Origin: Balanoglossus misakiensis | Lineage: Eukaryota > Animalia > Hemichordata | Direction of reading: 5' to 3' | NCBI GenBank assembly: GCA_040954595.2 | Contig: CM082596.2 | Coordinates: forward strand, 3,589,025-3,653,024 | DNA: 64,000 nucleotides | Part shown: piece by piece, positions 51,101-63,100 of the stretch | Layout of the letters: every line of letters begins with the position of its first letter | Numbering within the stretch: position 1 is the first letter of the stretch | Program-made: the position numbers and the translations under genes | Notes under the pieces: generated by a model | What the model saw: only the letters and a program-made list of their open reading frames with translations | What the model was told of the DNA's origin: nothing | Databases searched by the model: none

Positions 51101-54100
51101 ATATCAGAAATACCAATATCCTCAACTCCCTTGTCCTCAGTGGCTTCCAAGGTTCTTTCAAATTTGATTTCTGGCAGCTCTGCCTCCTCAGCAGTGCCGG
51201 TCAATCTCGGAGCCTGTACATCCCGACTTGGTACTTGAATAGGAGTGTACAGTTCAGCTGTTGACCCTCTGCGGATGAGATCTCTCACCACAACCTCTCC
51301 TATGTGTATCTCTCCTGATTCTGAGTTGAAGTAACAATCACACAAACTTAGAACGGCATATTGGCCAAGGGATTGTCACTGTTTGCACTAATTCTATGGT
51401 GAATTGGGCTAGTTATATTTTGCGAAACAACATGGAGATACCATTAAATGGTATCTTCATGTTTCGTCATTCCGCTGTTATCCTGATGATTTAGTAATCT
51501 TTAGTCTGACAAGCAAGGGCTTGCAAAAACTTATTCTTGTTTGTGAGGTTTATGCCATAGGCACATTGTATCTGCCAAAGCTGGAGAAAACTTTGTGATG
51601 GTGCACCTTTATTCAGCATGCTTGAATGGCTCCTTCATTGCAAGCATGACACCACAGATTCATATCATCCCAAGTTTAACACTTCACTTTTTGACTTGAC
51701 ATTCTCACACTGTCTATAAGTAGTTACTCACTCACTCATGAGTTAAAGACACATCCTGTCGGCATTCATAAATGGCCCGAGTTATAAGTGATAGCCAGTG
51801 AACTGCCAATGATGGTGCCTGCTTTGTCATTTTATGGAATGAAAATTGACCAACATGGGTGCTTTGATGTTTCAGTATCCAGTGCAGATATGGCGGACTT
51901 CTGTAATAGGTTACCTTCATCGAGGGTTATTCCGGTACTGGTTTCTCGGTCACCAACCCTACATGAATACACAGCCTCATCTTCCTTCGCAAAGTTATTG
52001 ATAATCAAAGTTGGCATGCCGTCTTCCAGTGTGATCTCACATTTTTCAGAAGCACCTTGGTCAATCTCAGTGCCATTCTTATACCATGTGGCATCGGCTT
52101 GATTACGTACAAAGAAAGGACTTTCGATGACAACTGCCGGCATGGGTTCTTGTTTTTCTTGACGAAGCCCGGCAAATTCAGTTTGGTCTCTAGGCACGGT
52201 TGTCACATTGATTTCTTCACCACCACTTTTTATTTCAACTGATGGTGGTGTGTGTACGATGCCTTTCTGAATAAGTTCTGCACCAAAGAAATGGTGACAG
52301 TATTAGGGGACACTCGTTCATGTCTAATCGAGTTCTTTCTGAGTGTGTGGCAAAAGTTATGGTGTATGGTTAGATCTTGGAATTACATGTACCATAGAAT
52401 TGTCTTTGGAAATTGTTATCTGTCTGTCTGTCTGTCCCTAAATAACCACAACAGTGTAACTGGACATCATACAACAGTAGAGTGCCAGAAAGCAAAGACA
52501 TTGTGAAAAAGGTGAACAAAACACGCATAATATGTGATGGTGACTTTTGTTGGAGGTGTTCCATAGAAAGTATGGAGAAGGTATCAGTGAACTGACACAA
52601 GAAATTGTAACAGCAGTCCCAACTACCACAGGCATAACAAAAAAATGTGCACTGACCAACACAAAAATAATGTATAATACCACATATCTCAAACTACTTG
52701 CACAAAAACAATAAAATATGTGTCCCTCAATGTGCACATAACATAAGACGTGATCCACTGATGATACAAGACATTCAGCCGCCAAGATTTGATAAAAATA
52801 TTTCCTTGCGTGTACATGCAATACAAAGCCTTGAAGTAACTGATAATAAGTGTGGTAACTTTGATCATGCTGGAGACCTGTGACCTAGTATCCCAATCAG
52901 ATGGGCACAGTGATGTATTTTAACGCATAAGTGAGGCATGGCCAAAAATCTCTAAGTCCAATACCTTGTGGCATCGTCAGCCTTGTACTTGCTGATTTAT
53001 TGCCAACTTGACATGTATATTTGGCTTCATCCTCCATTCCAACATCTTTGATGAGAAGAACAGCTCTACCATCATCGTCAACTTTGACATCATATTTGTC
53101 AGTGTCATTTTGGTCAATTTGAGTCCCATCTTTAAACCAAGTGATTTCAGACACATCACTGACTGGTATATCGGTTCCAAGGATGGCATCCTGTTTCCTT
53201 TCTCTGTCGATGGTAACTCGGCCAGTAATGTCAGCTAAGAGAAGTTGGCAGTGATCCACAATTAATTTATGTTCGCCAGGAGAGCAAAAAAAAAGACCAA
53301 GACAACAGAAACCATGCTGCTTACTGGCAATTACACTACAAGACATCAGTGCGCTCTTGTGACTGTTTGTGATGACAACAGTACAACTATTGAATACTTC
53401 CTTATTAGCACAAGACTGGTGCAATGTTCTATCTTACCAGTGACAACTCTGAACCACATGACTCTCACACCATCCACAAAGTGTATTCTTTTATGATTCC
53501 AGACCATGACAACGACACACAAGTGTTTACTACTGGGTCACTCATGGTGAAAGACAGAGAGATTTCTATGCTGGTGACTGGCCAACACTAATCACCAAAA
53601 CATAGGACACAGGTGCTGAGTACTGTGGGAACAGTGACAGTATTTACTGGTGTCAACAACTGTGTGGACATTCAGACATTAACACCAATTTTGCAGTGCA
53701 GAAAGTACCGTGTGCTTATCCGTTCCAAAGACAAGAAACATAACAAGATTTGGTGAAAAAACCTTGGAATGGTTTTCGTGTGGTGTGATTCTTGTGTGAC
53801 AGAGTGGATGTACAATTAACATTGCAAACATGGATGTGTTCTCCTGGTAACGATGGTGATGATGATGATGATTCTTGTGACCTCTTGATGACTTGACGTT
53901 ACAGTGACTTGGATGGTGCGATGCATATAGGGTGCACTGTAATGCAAATTACCTTCCAAAATCAGATGACCAGAAGATGACTTCTCACCGGCTCTGCAAC
54001 TGTACTTGGCCTCATCATCTCCATCCACATCTTTGATCACAAGAACAGGTTTTCCATCCTCCAATCTCACATCAAACTTCTCTTTGTCAGTCACATCAAT

Positions 54101-57100
54101 GGCTTCATCATCTCTGTACCACTTCACTTCATCCAGTGATTCAACAGGAATGGTACTTTCAAGAGTCACTGAGTCATGCTCGACTCCTGCAGTGTCTACT
54201 GAACTTGTCTTCCTACACAGCAACTGTCTCTCTTGTTCTCCTTCAGAAAACACAGCAGCAGTTTGCACGTCCACCAACTGCCGTACTTTTTCTAATTGTT
54301 CTATTTCACCAACAAAATTTACACAAAATGCATTCAACAATTTGTTGAGGTGAACAATTTTGTTCACATTTTTGCAGACTATGTATGGTATGTTGTGTAT
54401 GTGTAACTTTGCATGGTATATGCCCATAAGGTTTCCAGAGCAACAGGTTGTCAGAGCACCCGACAGAATTCAACATTATGGTACCAGACAAGAAAGTAAA
54501 AGGCAACTAAACTGAAATTCCACAAAGCAGGACTCACCTTCAACAACAAGAGATGCATGGCTGATCTTGTCACCGACTTTGACAGTGTACTCTCCCGCAT
54601 CCTCTGACTGGACATCATGTACAAGGAGTGACAGCCTCCTCTTGCTGTGTTTCATCTCATACTTGTCTCCAGGTTCAAGCGTCTCATCATCTTTTTCCCA
54701 GGTGATATCTTCATCTTTGACTTCCCGAGACACCTCGCATTCCAAGACAGCCGTCTGGAACTCCTCCACTTCCTTGTCTTTCATTTTGTACAAGAATTTG
54801 ACTGGAGCTGTAGGGAAAGAAAAATGATCTACTGTGTTAATGGCCTGTTTGGTGAACTCGTTGATGCTGTACATACTCTGTGATCAAACGCATGCATATC
54901 AGTCACGGAGATGTGACTGTTCTTTGGTGTCAGGGGGAGGAAAGCAGTGAGTGAAAGCTGGGAATCTGTCAAACACAGGGTGAACCGTAGCTGCCAGGAA
55001 AAAAAGAGCTGTGGGGGAAAAAAGCTGAGGATAATGGTGAAAGTTATTACTACATCTTTTGTGGACAGTTTGAAAAAGTCCACAAATTACAACCTTCAAC
55101 ACAACACACTCTGGGTGTAAACTCCATTGACATATGAACTACACATTGGTAGACCATACGACACATGCTGGTGTGTGCCTATACTCACCAAGACAGAAAG
55201 ATGTGTGTGAAAAACACACACTTTTCATTCCATAAGTGCAAATTAAAGTGTTCTTGTTTCACTCTCTGCCCTTACCAAGCAATGTGTTGCCGCACTATCA
55301 TACAGTAAAGTGTACCTGTCAAAGTGATTTTTGTGCTAGAACCACAGAGTTTTCATGCCTAGATCAGTCTCTCAGTGCACATTTCTAAAAGGAGACTCAT
55401 TACCTATGACTGGCTCTGTAGCCACGGTTACAGCTGCCGCAGCAACCGTCAATGACTCGACATCTTCAATGGAAACCAGTGGTTGTACGCGGTCTGGGGA
55501 GTTGTATACAGCACAATGTATCAGAATTTTGGCCAAAACAGAGAGTGAGACACTTTACCTGTATGTAATGCATGCCAGTTTCACACTACAGTACCAATGT
55601 ACATGCTGTGGAACAGTTCAACACCAATGGTACTATCCAGATCGACACCACACAACATTCTCTTATACCAAAAAGACAACCAATCTCAATAGGGCCTTTT
55701 TTGGTCATTGAAAATAATATTTTGATAATTTTTGGTGATTTTAATTGAGTAAATATTATGGCCAAGCATTTTTCAACAATGGCGGAGAAGTATCAAGTTT
55801 GTTAATAAGAAATTAGGTAGAATAGAATAGAATAGAATAGAATAGAATAGAATAGAATAGAATAGAATAGAATAGAATAGAATAGAATAGAATACATGTA
55901 GATGACAGAGAAGAACTTAATGATAAACTTAGTATACAGAACGAACATATGACAGAAAATAATAAATTTTGTTCAGTAGTAAAATAAAATCACAGAGTAA
56001 TACATACATTCAATGAATGGACTTTCAAGACCAAAGTCAGCAATGGTTGCAGTTTGCACAGGTGAGACCGATGACGCAACTATGAGTTCTTCTACGGGTT
56101 CTGATGACACGCAACATGCAGGATGGACACAGGTTATTTTCACATGCAACAAACAAATGATACAATGTGAACTTATAACATGCAATGTAAACAAAAAAAT
56201 GTAAAACGTTGCTCACAACACAACAAATGTCTATCACAACAGTATACTGACAGAGCACTAGAAGTTGTGAAAAGTATTAGTGATATTTTGTTTAAGCACC
56301 TTACATTTGCAATGGTCTGATTCTTTCATTATCACGGCAAATTGTGATCATGAAAAAGTCAACTTTTGCTTGCAAGTGCAAAATTTTAACTTGCTGTGCA
56401 GATTCACTTTTACTGTGATTTCTATCCTGTGCGAAATCATCACCAGACGAATTTTCTTTTCATCCTGACCATGCCCTCTCACCTTCAACAAACAATTCTG
56501 CAGTTGTGCGGATATCACCAACAACACAGGTGTACTCTGCTTCATCATTTATGCTCGCACTCCTAACAAGCAACGACCGACGTCGACCCTCAACCTTCAT
56601 GACAAATTTCTCATCCTCTTTTTTGATTTCAACACCGTCTTTCAGCCAGGTGACCTCGGCTGTTTCATCTGCGACCTCACACACAAGCTCTGCCGTCTCA
56701 GTTTCCGTAACCTCAACATCTTCCAGTTCTTTGGCAAAGCCAAAGACAACTAGAGAAATATTTACATAAGAATTAAAAGCCTGGCCATCTACATGCTGAT
56801 TTTCTTCCATTTGGTTTTGAACAAGTCTGTACCAACTCCACATTGCCTTATTATCAAGCATGACTGCGAAAAATAAGTCATTATGCCTTGAAAAGAACAA
56901 AGAAACTGGTGTGGGAGTGAAAATGTTCAATGTCTTCCAAGGGTTTTGATGCAACACACGAATTAAGTGCATATGATAAAAACACACAAGGTGTGATAAA
57001 TTACAGTGTATATCATATATATGCATAACATTGTACATTTTAATCATTGTTTGTGCATAGGAATACACCCCTCTTCCATGTTAAACCCGGTGCAGACTTT

Positions 57101-60100
57101 ACTGAGCAACTCTGCTCTTAACCAGGATCTAACTGTGCATAAAAACAGAAGTTTCATGCTCTATGCCTGTTTACCTGGTTCAGGGATAGCTTGTTCAGCC
57201 ATGGCTAAAACTGTTGGTTGTTCTGCCTCCGCGAGAGCAAGGTCATCTTACATAGAAATCAAAATTGTTTCGTTAGACGCAAGGATCTAACCTTGTCACC
57301 CCAAGTCACACTTGTGAAAGGATTGATCTTCTGTTGCCCATATGGGCAGATCAAATCATTTCACAGCATGGGGATGAAACAGTGTCTCTTTCTGATGTAA
57401 AATATTAATACAATGTGTCTGTGAGAGGGAAAAAAGCTTAACTTATTCCTACCTTCCACAGCTGCATCTACTTCCACATGTTGAAGAGCAATTGTCTTTT
57501 CCTCATCATCTTTCTTCTTTTTCATCATTTCGATGTGTTTCAGGATGATTCTGAAATCATGGACGCCATGCTCCCTCAGTACTTGCTCATAGTTTTTAGG
57601 TTCCACATTGCTGAGCAGCTCTTCAATGTTGATTTCTTCAACCACTTCGGCCTTAACCTGAGATGGTCTCCTGTTTTAAGTCAAAGACAATCAAGCTTGA
57701 ATCAAAACGTGCAATTTTTACCATGAAAGCAGCAAATTACTTTACATGTTGTGTTCTGTGGATAGTCATCATCTGAACCCAACTCACAAGAAAATTTCTG
57801 AATCACAACATAGGTCAGAAATTCTTCTGATGTCTATAGATTAATGTGCAGTTTTGGACCCATTTTCTATAAGAAACAACTTGTAGACAACTTTTGAAGG
57901 ACATCTACAAAGTTAAACTTGTCACCGAAAGCATGATGATAGTCGTACCGTTTCAACATCTTGGCAAACTGTATTTCCTCCTGAGGTTTCTCTTTAACCA
58001 TCAGAGACACAGCAATCTTTACTTCTCCGATTTCATTGACAGCTTTGGCAGTGTATTTGCCTGCATCTTTGGTCTTGGTGTCTTTGATGACCAGTGAGTG
58101 TATGTCTGTCTCCTCATCATAGGTGACACTGTAGTCTGCTCCATCTGTCAATTGCTTCCATCCCTTAAACCAACTGACAGTAGGTTTGGGATAGCCGTCT
58201 ACTTTGCAGTGGAACTCAGCTGGAGTACCTGCATGGCAATGTGTTGAAAGACTCAGTCAAATTCTGCCATCTTTTAACCAAATTACACTTGAAATTGTCC
58301 CTTTTGGTCAGTCTTGATATGTGTAGCATACCAGCAGGGTACGCTTACCCATTCCAGACATAAATGCCAATATTTGGTGAAATACAGGACTTGTATACAT
58401 GCACTGTTCTTGTATCTTTGCTTACCTTCAGTGACATCAGCAAATTTGGGCTTTTCAACAAAGAAGGGAGCTTCCTTGGCACCTGCCAGTGACAGATAAA
58501 TGCACATCAGTTTAAAAAGTCCTCATATTTAATGTTCTGTAATCATATCATATCAAGTTCACAAATCAAATCTTATTCAAGGCATCAATCTTGCTTGATG
58601 TACATGTACCATACATCAAAGTGTTTGAATTTTCTGAATGCCATTATCTCATTTATAAGAAATTCGTGAAACAATTAAAACTTACGTTCAACATCAAGAT
58701 TTGCAGTGGATTTTTGGTCCTGCAAAACAACTGTGTACTCAGCTTTTTCATCAAAGGTAAGGTCTGAGATAACAAGCCTTCTGATGGGTCCCTGGGCCAC
58801 AGCCTTGTACTTTGTGTCATCAGGTTCGATTGGCTCGCCGTTCTTCAGCCATGTGACTTTAGCTCTATTGTCAGACACCCTGCACTCAAATGTTGCGGTC
58901 TGAGCCTCTTCTGCTGAGCGGTCTTTCAGTCCGGATGTGATCTCGAATGGTGGTACTGATACATAAATGATTGGAACCATCAGTTAATTTCTGGACACAG
59001 CTTAAATATTGTATAATCATCGAAAAAGATTATTATATCAATGCAAAATATGAAAGTATATATGTGATGTATGGGGCAGATTATATGAAAGTTTCCAAGC
59101 GTACTTTATACCATTGAAGAAAAAGGACAGAGAAGACCTGATAAAAATGTTCCAACAATGATATACTTACATTCTATGGTCAATTTAGCAGTGGAAGTAA
59201 CATTTCTAACAGTGACCGAGAATTCACCCTGATCATCCTCCAATACATCTTTCAAGATCAAGTGCAACTTTGGACCTTCAATCTTCATCTGTATTTTGTT
59301 GCTCTCCTTCAGTGGTTTTTTGTTCACAAACCATTTGACTTCCGACTTCTGAACAGGCTGTGCTAGAACACATTCGAATGTGGCAGTGGTGTGTTCTTTG
59401 ACAGTAATGTCTTCAAGTTCTTGAACCATGGTCAGAGGTTCTGTGGAAGAGTTAAAGGAATATTATCAACATTTTTTTTTCAATTTGTTTTCGTTATTCT
59501 CTTGAGGAAATGGTCCATGAATCAGAGTTATGTAGTTTCCTCCACTTTTATAACATTTCCACAGCAATACTCCTCTCTGACCTGGAAGTTATATGCACTG
59601 AATTTAAAGAAAAAACGACAGTGACAACCAAGTTCCATTGAACATGCTTTTCATATACAAATGTAGTACTAGTATTCATAACTTTTTTTCAACTGTTCCA
59701 ACAAGACATCAGCCTGAAAAAAAGCTGCATTTTTGGCTCATTCTCTGGTATGTACAAATTCGTATCATGCACAGTACAATGTATGATGCAAACCACAGGA
59801 AAAAGCGATCATATGATGCAGACTTGCTGGGTTTTTTTGCAAGCCAGGACCAATCCATATATGCCAATTAAGTATGGCCAATTCCAACAAAGCACCTGTA
59901 ACAGTCTGAGCATAACAAAAGCTACATGTAACAGTCATCAGCCAGTAATCTGTCATTCACTTTTTTCATTCTGGTAATAAGAAGACTTAGACCTGACAGG
60001 CACCTGCAGAGAACAACACTTTGTGATAAGCCATGCAAAGTAAGTCACTATTAGCGCTATTGGACAATAAATTATTTGTGTACTCGATGTACAATGGCGT

Positions 60101-63100
60101 GTCAAACTAGAGCACTGATCAAAAACACTTTGCTCAATTTCTGTTGCCAAAATTAATGACAAGTATGCAGTCTTTGTTAGTCCACTTACCAAGATACATT
60201 ATTTTGATTACTAAAACACTGTGTCCACATAAAACATACAGTGATCACCATCAGATCAAGACCAAAGCACATGACCCTTTCGGTGAGTGTGAGCATTCAA
60301 AACCAGACGGAATACAATTGATGCCAATCTGACACAAGTCCACGTGTCTGACAAGTGACACACAAATTTACCTATGCAAACAAGTGGAGAAACAGTCACT
60401 TGGTCACCGACGGCACAAGCAAAGTCAGCCTCATCCGTAGCCTCAACATCGCGAACAAGCAAAGTGCGAACTTTGCCATCACTGATTATTTCATATTTCT
60501 CAGAGGGCTGAATCTCGACACCATCTTTAAACCACTTAGTCTCAACAGTGGCATCTGAGACCTCGCACTTAAACTGTGCCGTCTCTTTGGCTTTTGAAGT
60601 GACTGGTTGTAACTGGCTTAGTGTGACATGGGGTTTGGTTGGTTTCGCTTTGGGTTCTGTCAATAAATGGTATTACATTACAATATATAGGATATATATT
60701 AATAATAGGGATCAAGCACTTATAGGGGATGAGAATACTGAATGTCAAAACTTAAACCAAAACAAAATGGAAACAAATGCAAAAACAAACAATAGCAAAA
60801 CAAAAGTATAGTCTTAAAATCTAATCAAAAGACGGGACAAGCTAGATATTTTAGCAATAAGAATATTACAGCTGCATGCAAATATCAAATTCTCACAGGA
60901 TGTGTGAAAAGTTTTAATAAGATACAATAAAACATGCATATAAAGGGATATTGAAATCCAAAAATTCACAGGGAGGGGAGTGGAAGGAGAGCAGGTTATT
61001 ATTATGGGCTGAAAGGAATCTTAGACCAACCGGACAATATAACAGTCACATCTCCAAAACCTGAAGCCATGGCACACACCATATTACACCTTACACTGTA
61101 CCTTTGTATTTCAAACGAGCAGTTGATTTGTGTTTGCCATCAGAGCAAGTGTACTCTGCCTCATCTTCAGAGGAGACATCATAAACAATCATTGACCTCA
61201 GCTTTCCATCTGCTTCCATGTGATATTTATCTGATGGCCCCAATTTAAGCTCATTCTTCCTCCACTCAACTTGGGCGCTTTCCTCGGAGACCCGACACTC
61301 AAATTTGACTGTTTCCTTGCACGTGGCCTCAATATCAGCTAGCTCCACAACAAATATTAATTTTGACTCTGATAAGGAAAGGAAACCATCCAAGAAACGA
61401 AATATGAAAAGCCTTTCTAATCAAATAGTCAAAAAGATCTCAAGCTGTATAATCATTCTTCCTGCTCCATATCTCACCAGATATGCAAAGGTAATCTTTT
61501 ACATCACTCTGTCATCATTTTACTCATTTGTCTCGCATTTAATTGAACTTTTGGGGCTTAAGTTCATCTACATGTATATATGCCCTGTATAGTGCAGTGC
61601 CTTGAAATCATCCTGTCCACCCCTATTACATTTGATATGTTCTATAACATATTGTCTTCTATAGACAGGTTGGGTTATTCCACCCTGAAGCGTGGGGAGT
61701 TTAACTCACCATGGATAAGTTGCGCAGTACACTTAGCATCTTCAACAACAACAGAATAGTTGTCTTCGTCATCTGCATTGACATCATGTACAAGTAGAGA
61801 CCTCTGTCTGCCTTTGGCAACAATCTCATATTTCTTAGACATTTTGATCTCCACATCATTTTTGTACCATCTAGTTACAGCTTTGTCATCGGAAATCTCA
61901 CAGGTGTAAATGGCAGTTTCATTCGTCCCGACTTTTACTGATTGAATTTCTTTTATGAAAGTCACAGGTATCTTGGCTGGTTTCTCTGGTTCTGGAAAAG
62001 GTGAACCTTTTATATTTGAATTTATTCTGAATTTTACTTCACAAGTTTTCCCCAAAATGCATCATCATCCACCATGCCGAACTTTGTCAGTTGTGATGTG
62101 CACCATCGTTGATGGAACAACACTCCTTTCAGGAACATGCATTACTTTATCCAGCCTTGATGGGCAAACAAGTTCCACTTGACGTGAATTAGGAAATACC
62201 AACTCGCAAGATCGAAGAAAGTCCCAACAAATGCCACACAAAGGTTGCAGTGTGCAGACAAAACTCATCCATCATATTGTGCCATTGCCAAAATGCAAGT
62301 GACAACTCATTGGCTGATCACAACGTGAATTAACTGTAGTTGTGAACTACCTCAATGTTAGCCGTGACAGTCACACCAAAACAAAAAGTGCGTTAAATTA
62401 CCTCAAGTTGTGACATAAAACATAGTAAATGTATCAAATTCACAGTGAACAAAATGGTGTACAACGCCATGCAATATAAATAAAACACAAATCACACATT
62501 GTACTCAATCTTATTAAACAAAGTATATCCACACTTGTGAGTTTTACACTGCAAACATCTAATATATATAATGTGTGTCGATGTTAACACTTGCACGTGG
62601 ATTGTGCAAGATGTGTGTTCATCAAAACCATAGAATACATTGGATTTCCATAACTGTCATCCTTAAACTGCAAAAAATGCATGCCACCCTCAAGCAACAT
62701 CACCCAGAAAACCAAACAAATTAATTTGCACATAATAATTACCTTTATAAACCAATCCAGCTGTGGTTTTCTCATCTTCAACTTTACATGTGTAATCAGC
62801 TTCGTCTTCTGGTTGAACATCATGGATAGTCAGAGATCTCCTCCTGCCTTCAACTTTGAACTCATACTTCTCAGATGGTTGGATTTCCAGCTGATCTTTG
62901 AACCACTTAGCTTCTGCAGTCTCATCCGAAACTTCACATTCAAAGATTACGTCCTGTTCAGCAGTGGCAGTCTGGTCTTCTAGTTCTTCCTCAATGGTTA
63001 TCTTGGCCTTGGCTGGTTTTATTTCTGATGAATCAAGAAAAGTCAAGTCAGAAGAAAATAACATTAAATAAAACTGCAGTATATCATACATCACCTTTTT

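Noticed and set aside
59961-60003. Possible 43-nt exon (ctctgcag|GTGCCTGTC..GAAAAAA|gtgaat)
   Set aside because: In phase 1 it hits TAA and its length is not a multiple of 3; at best a poison or UTR exon, unsupported without RNA data
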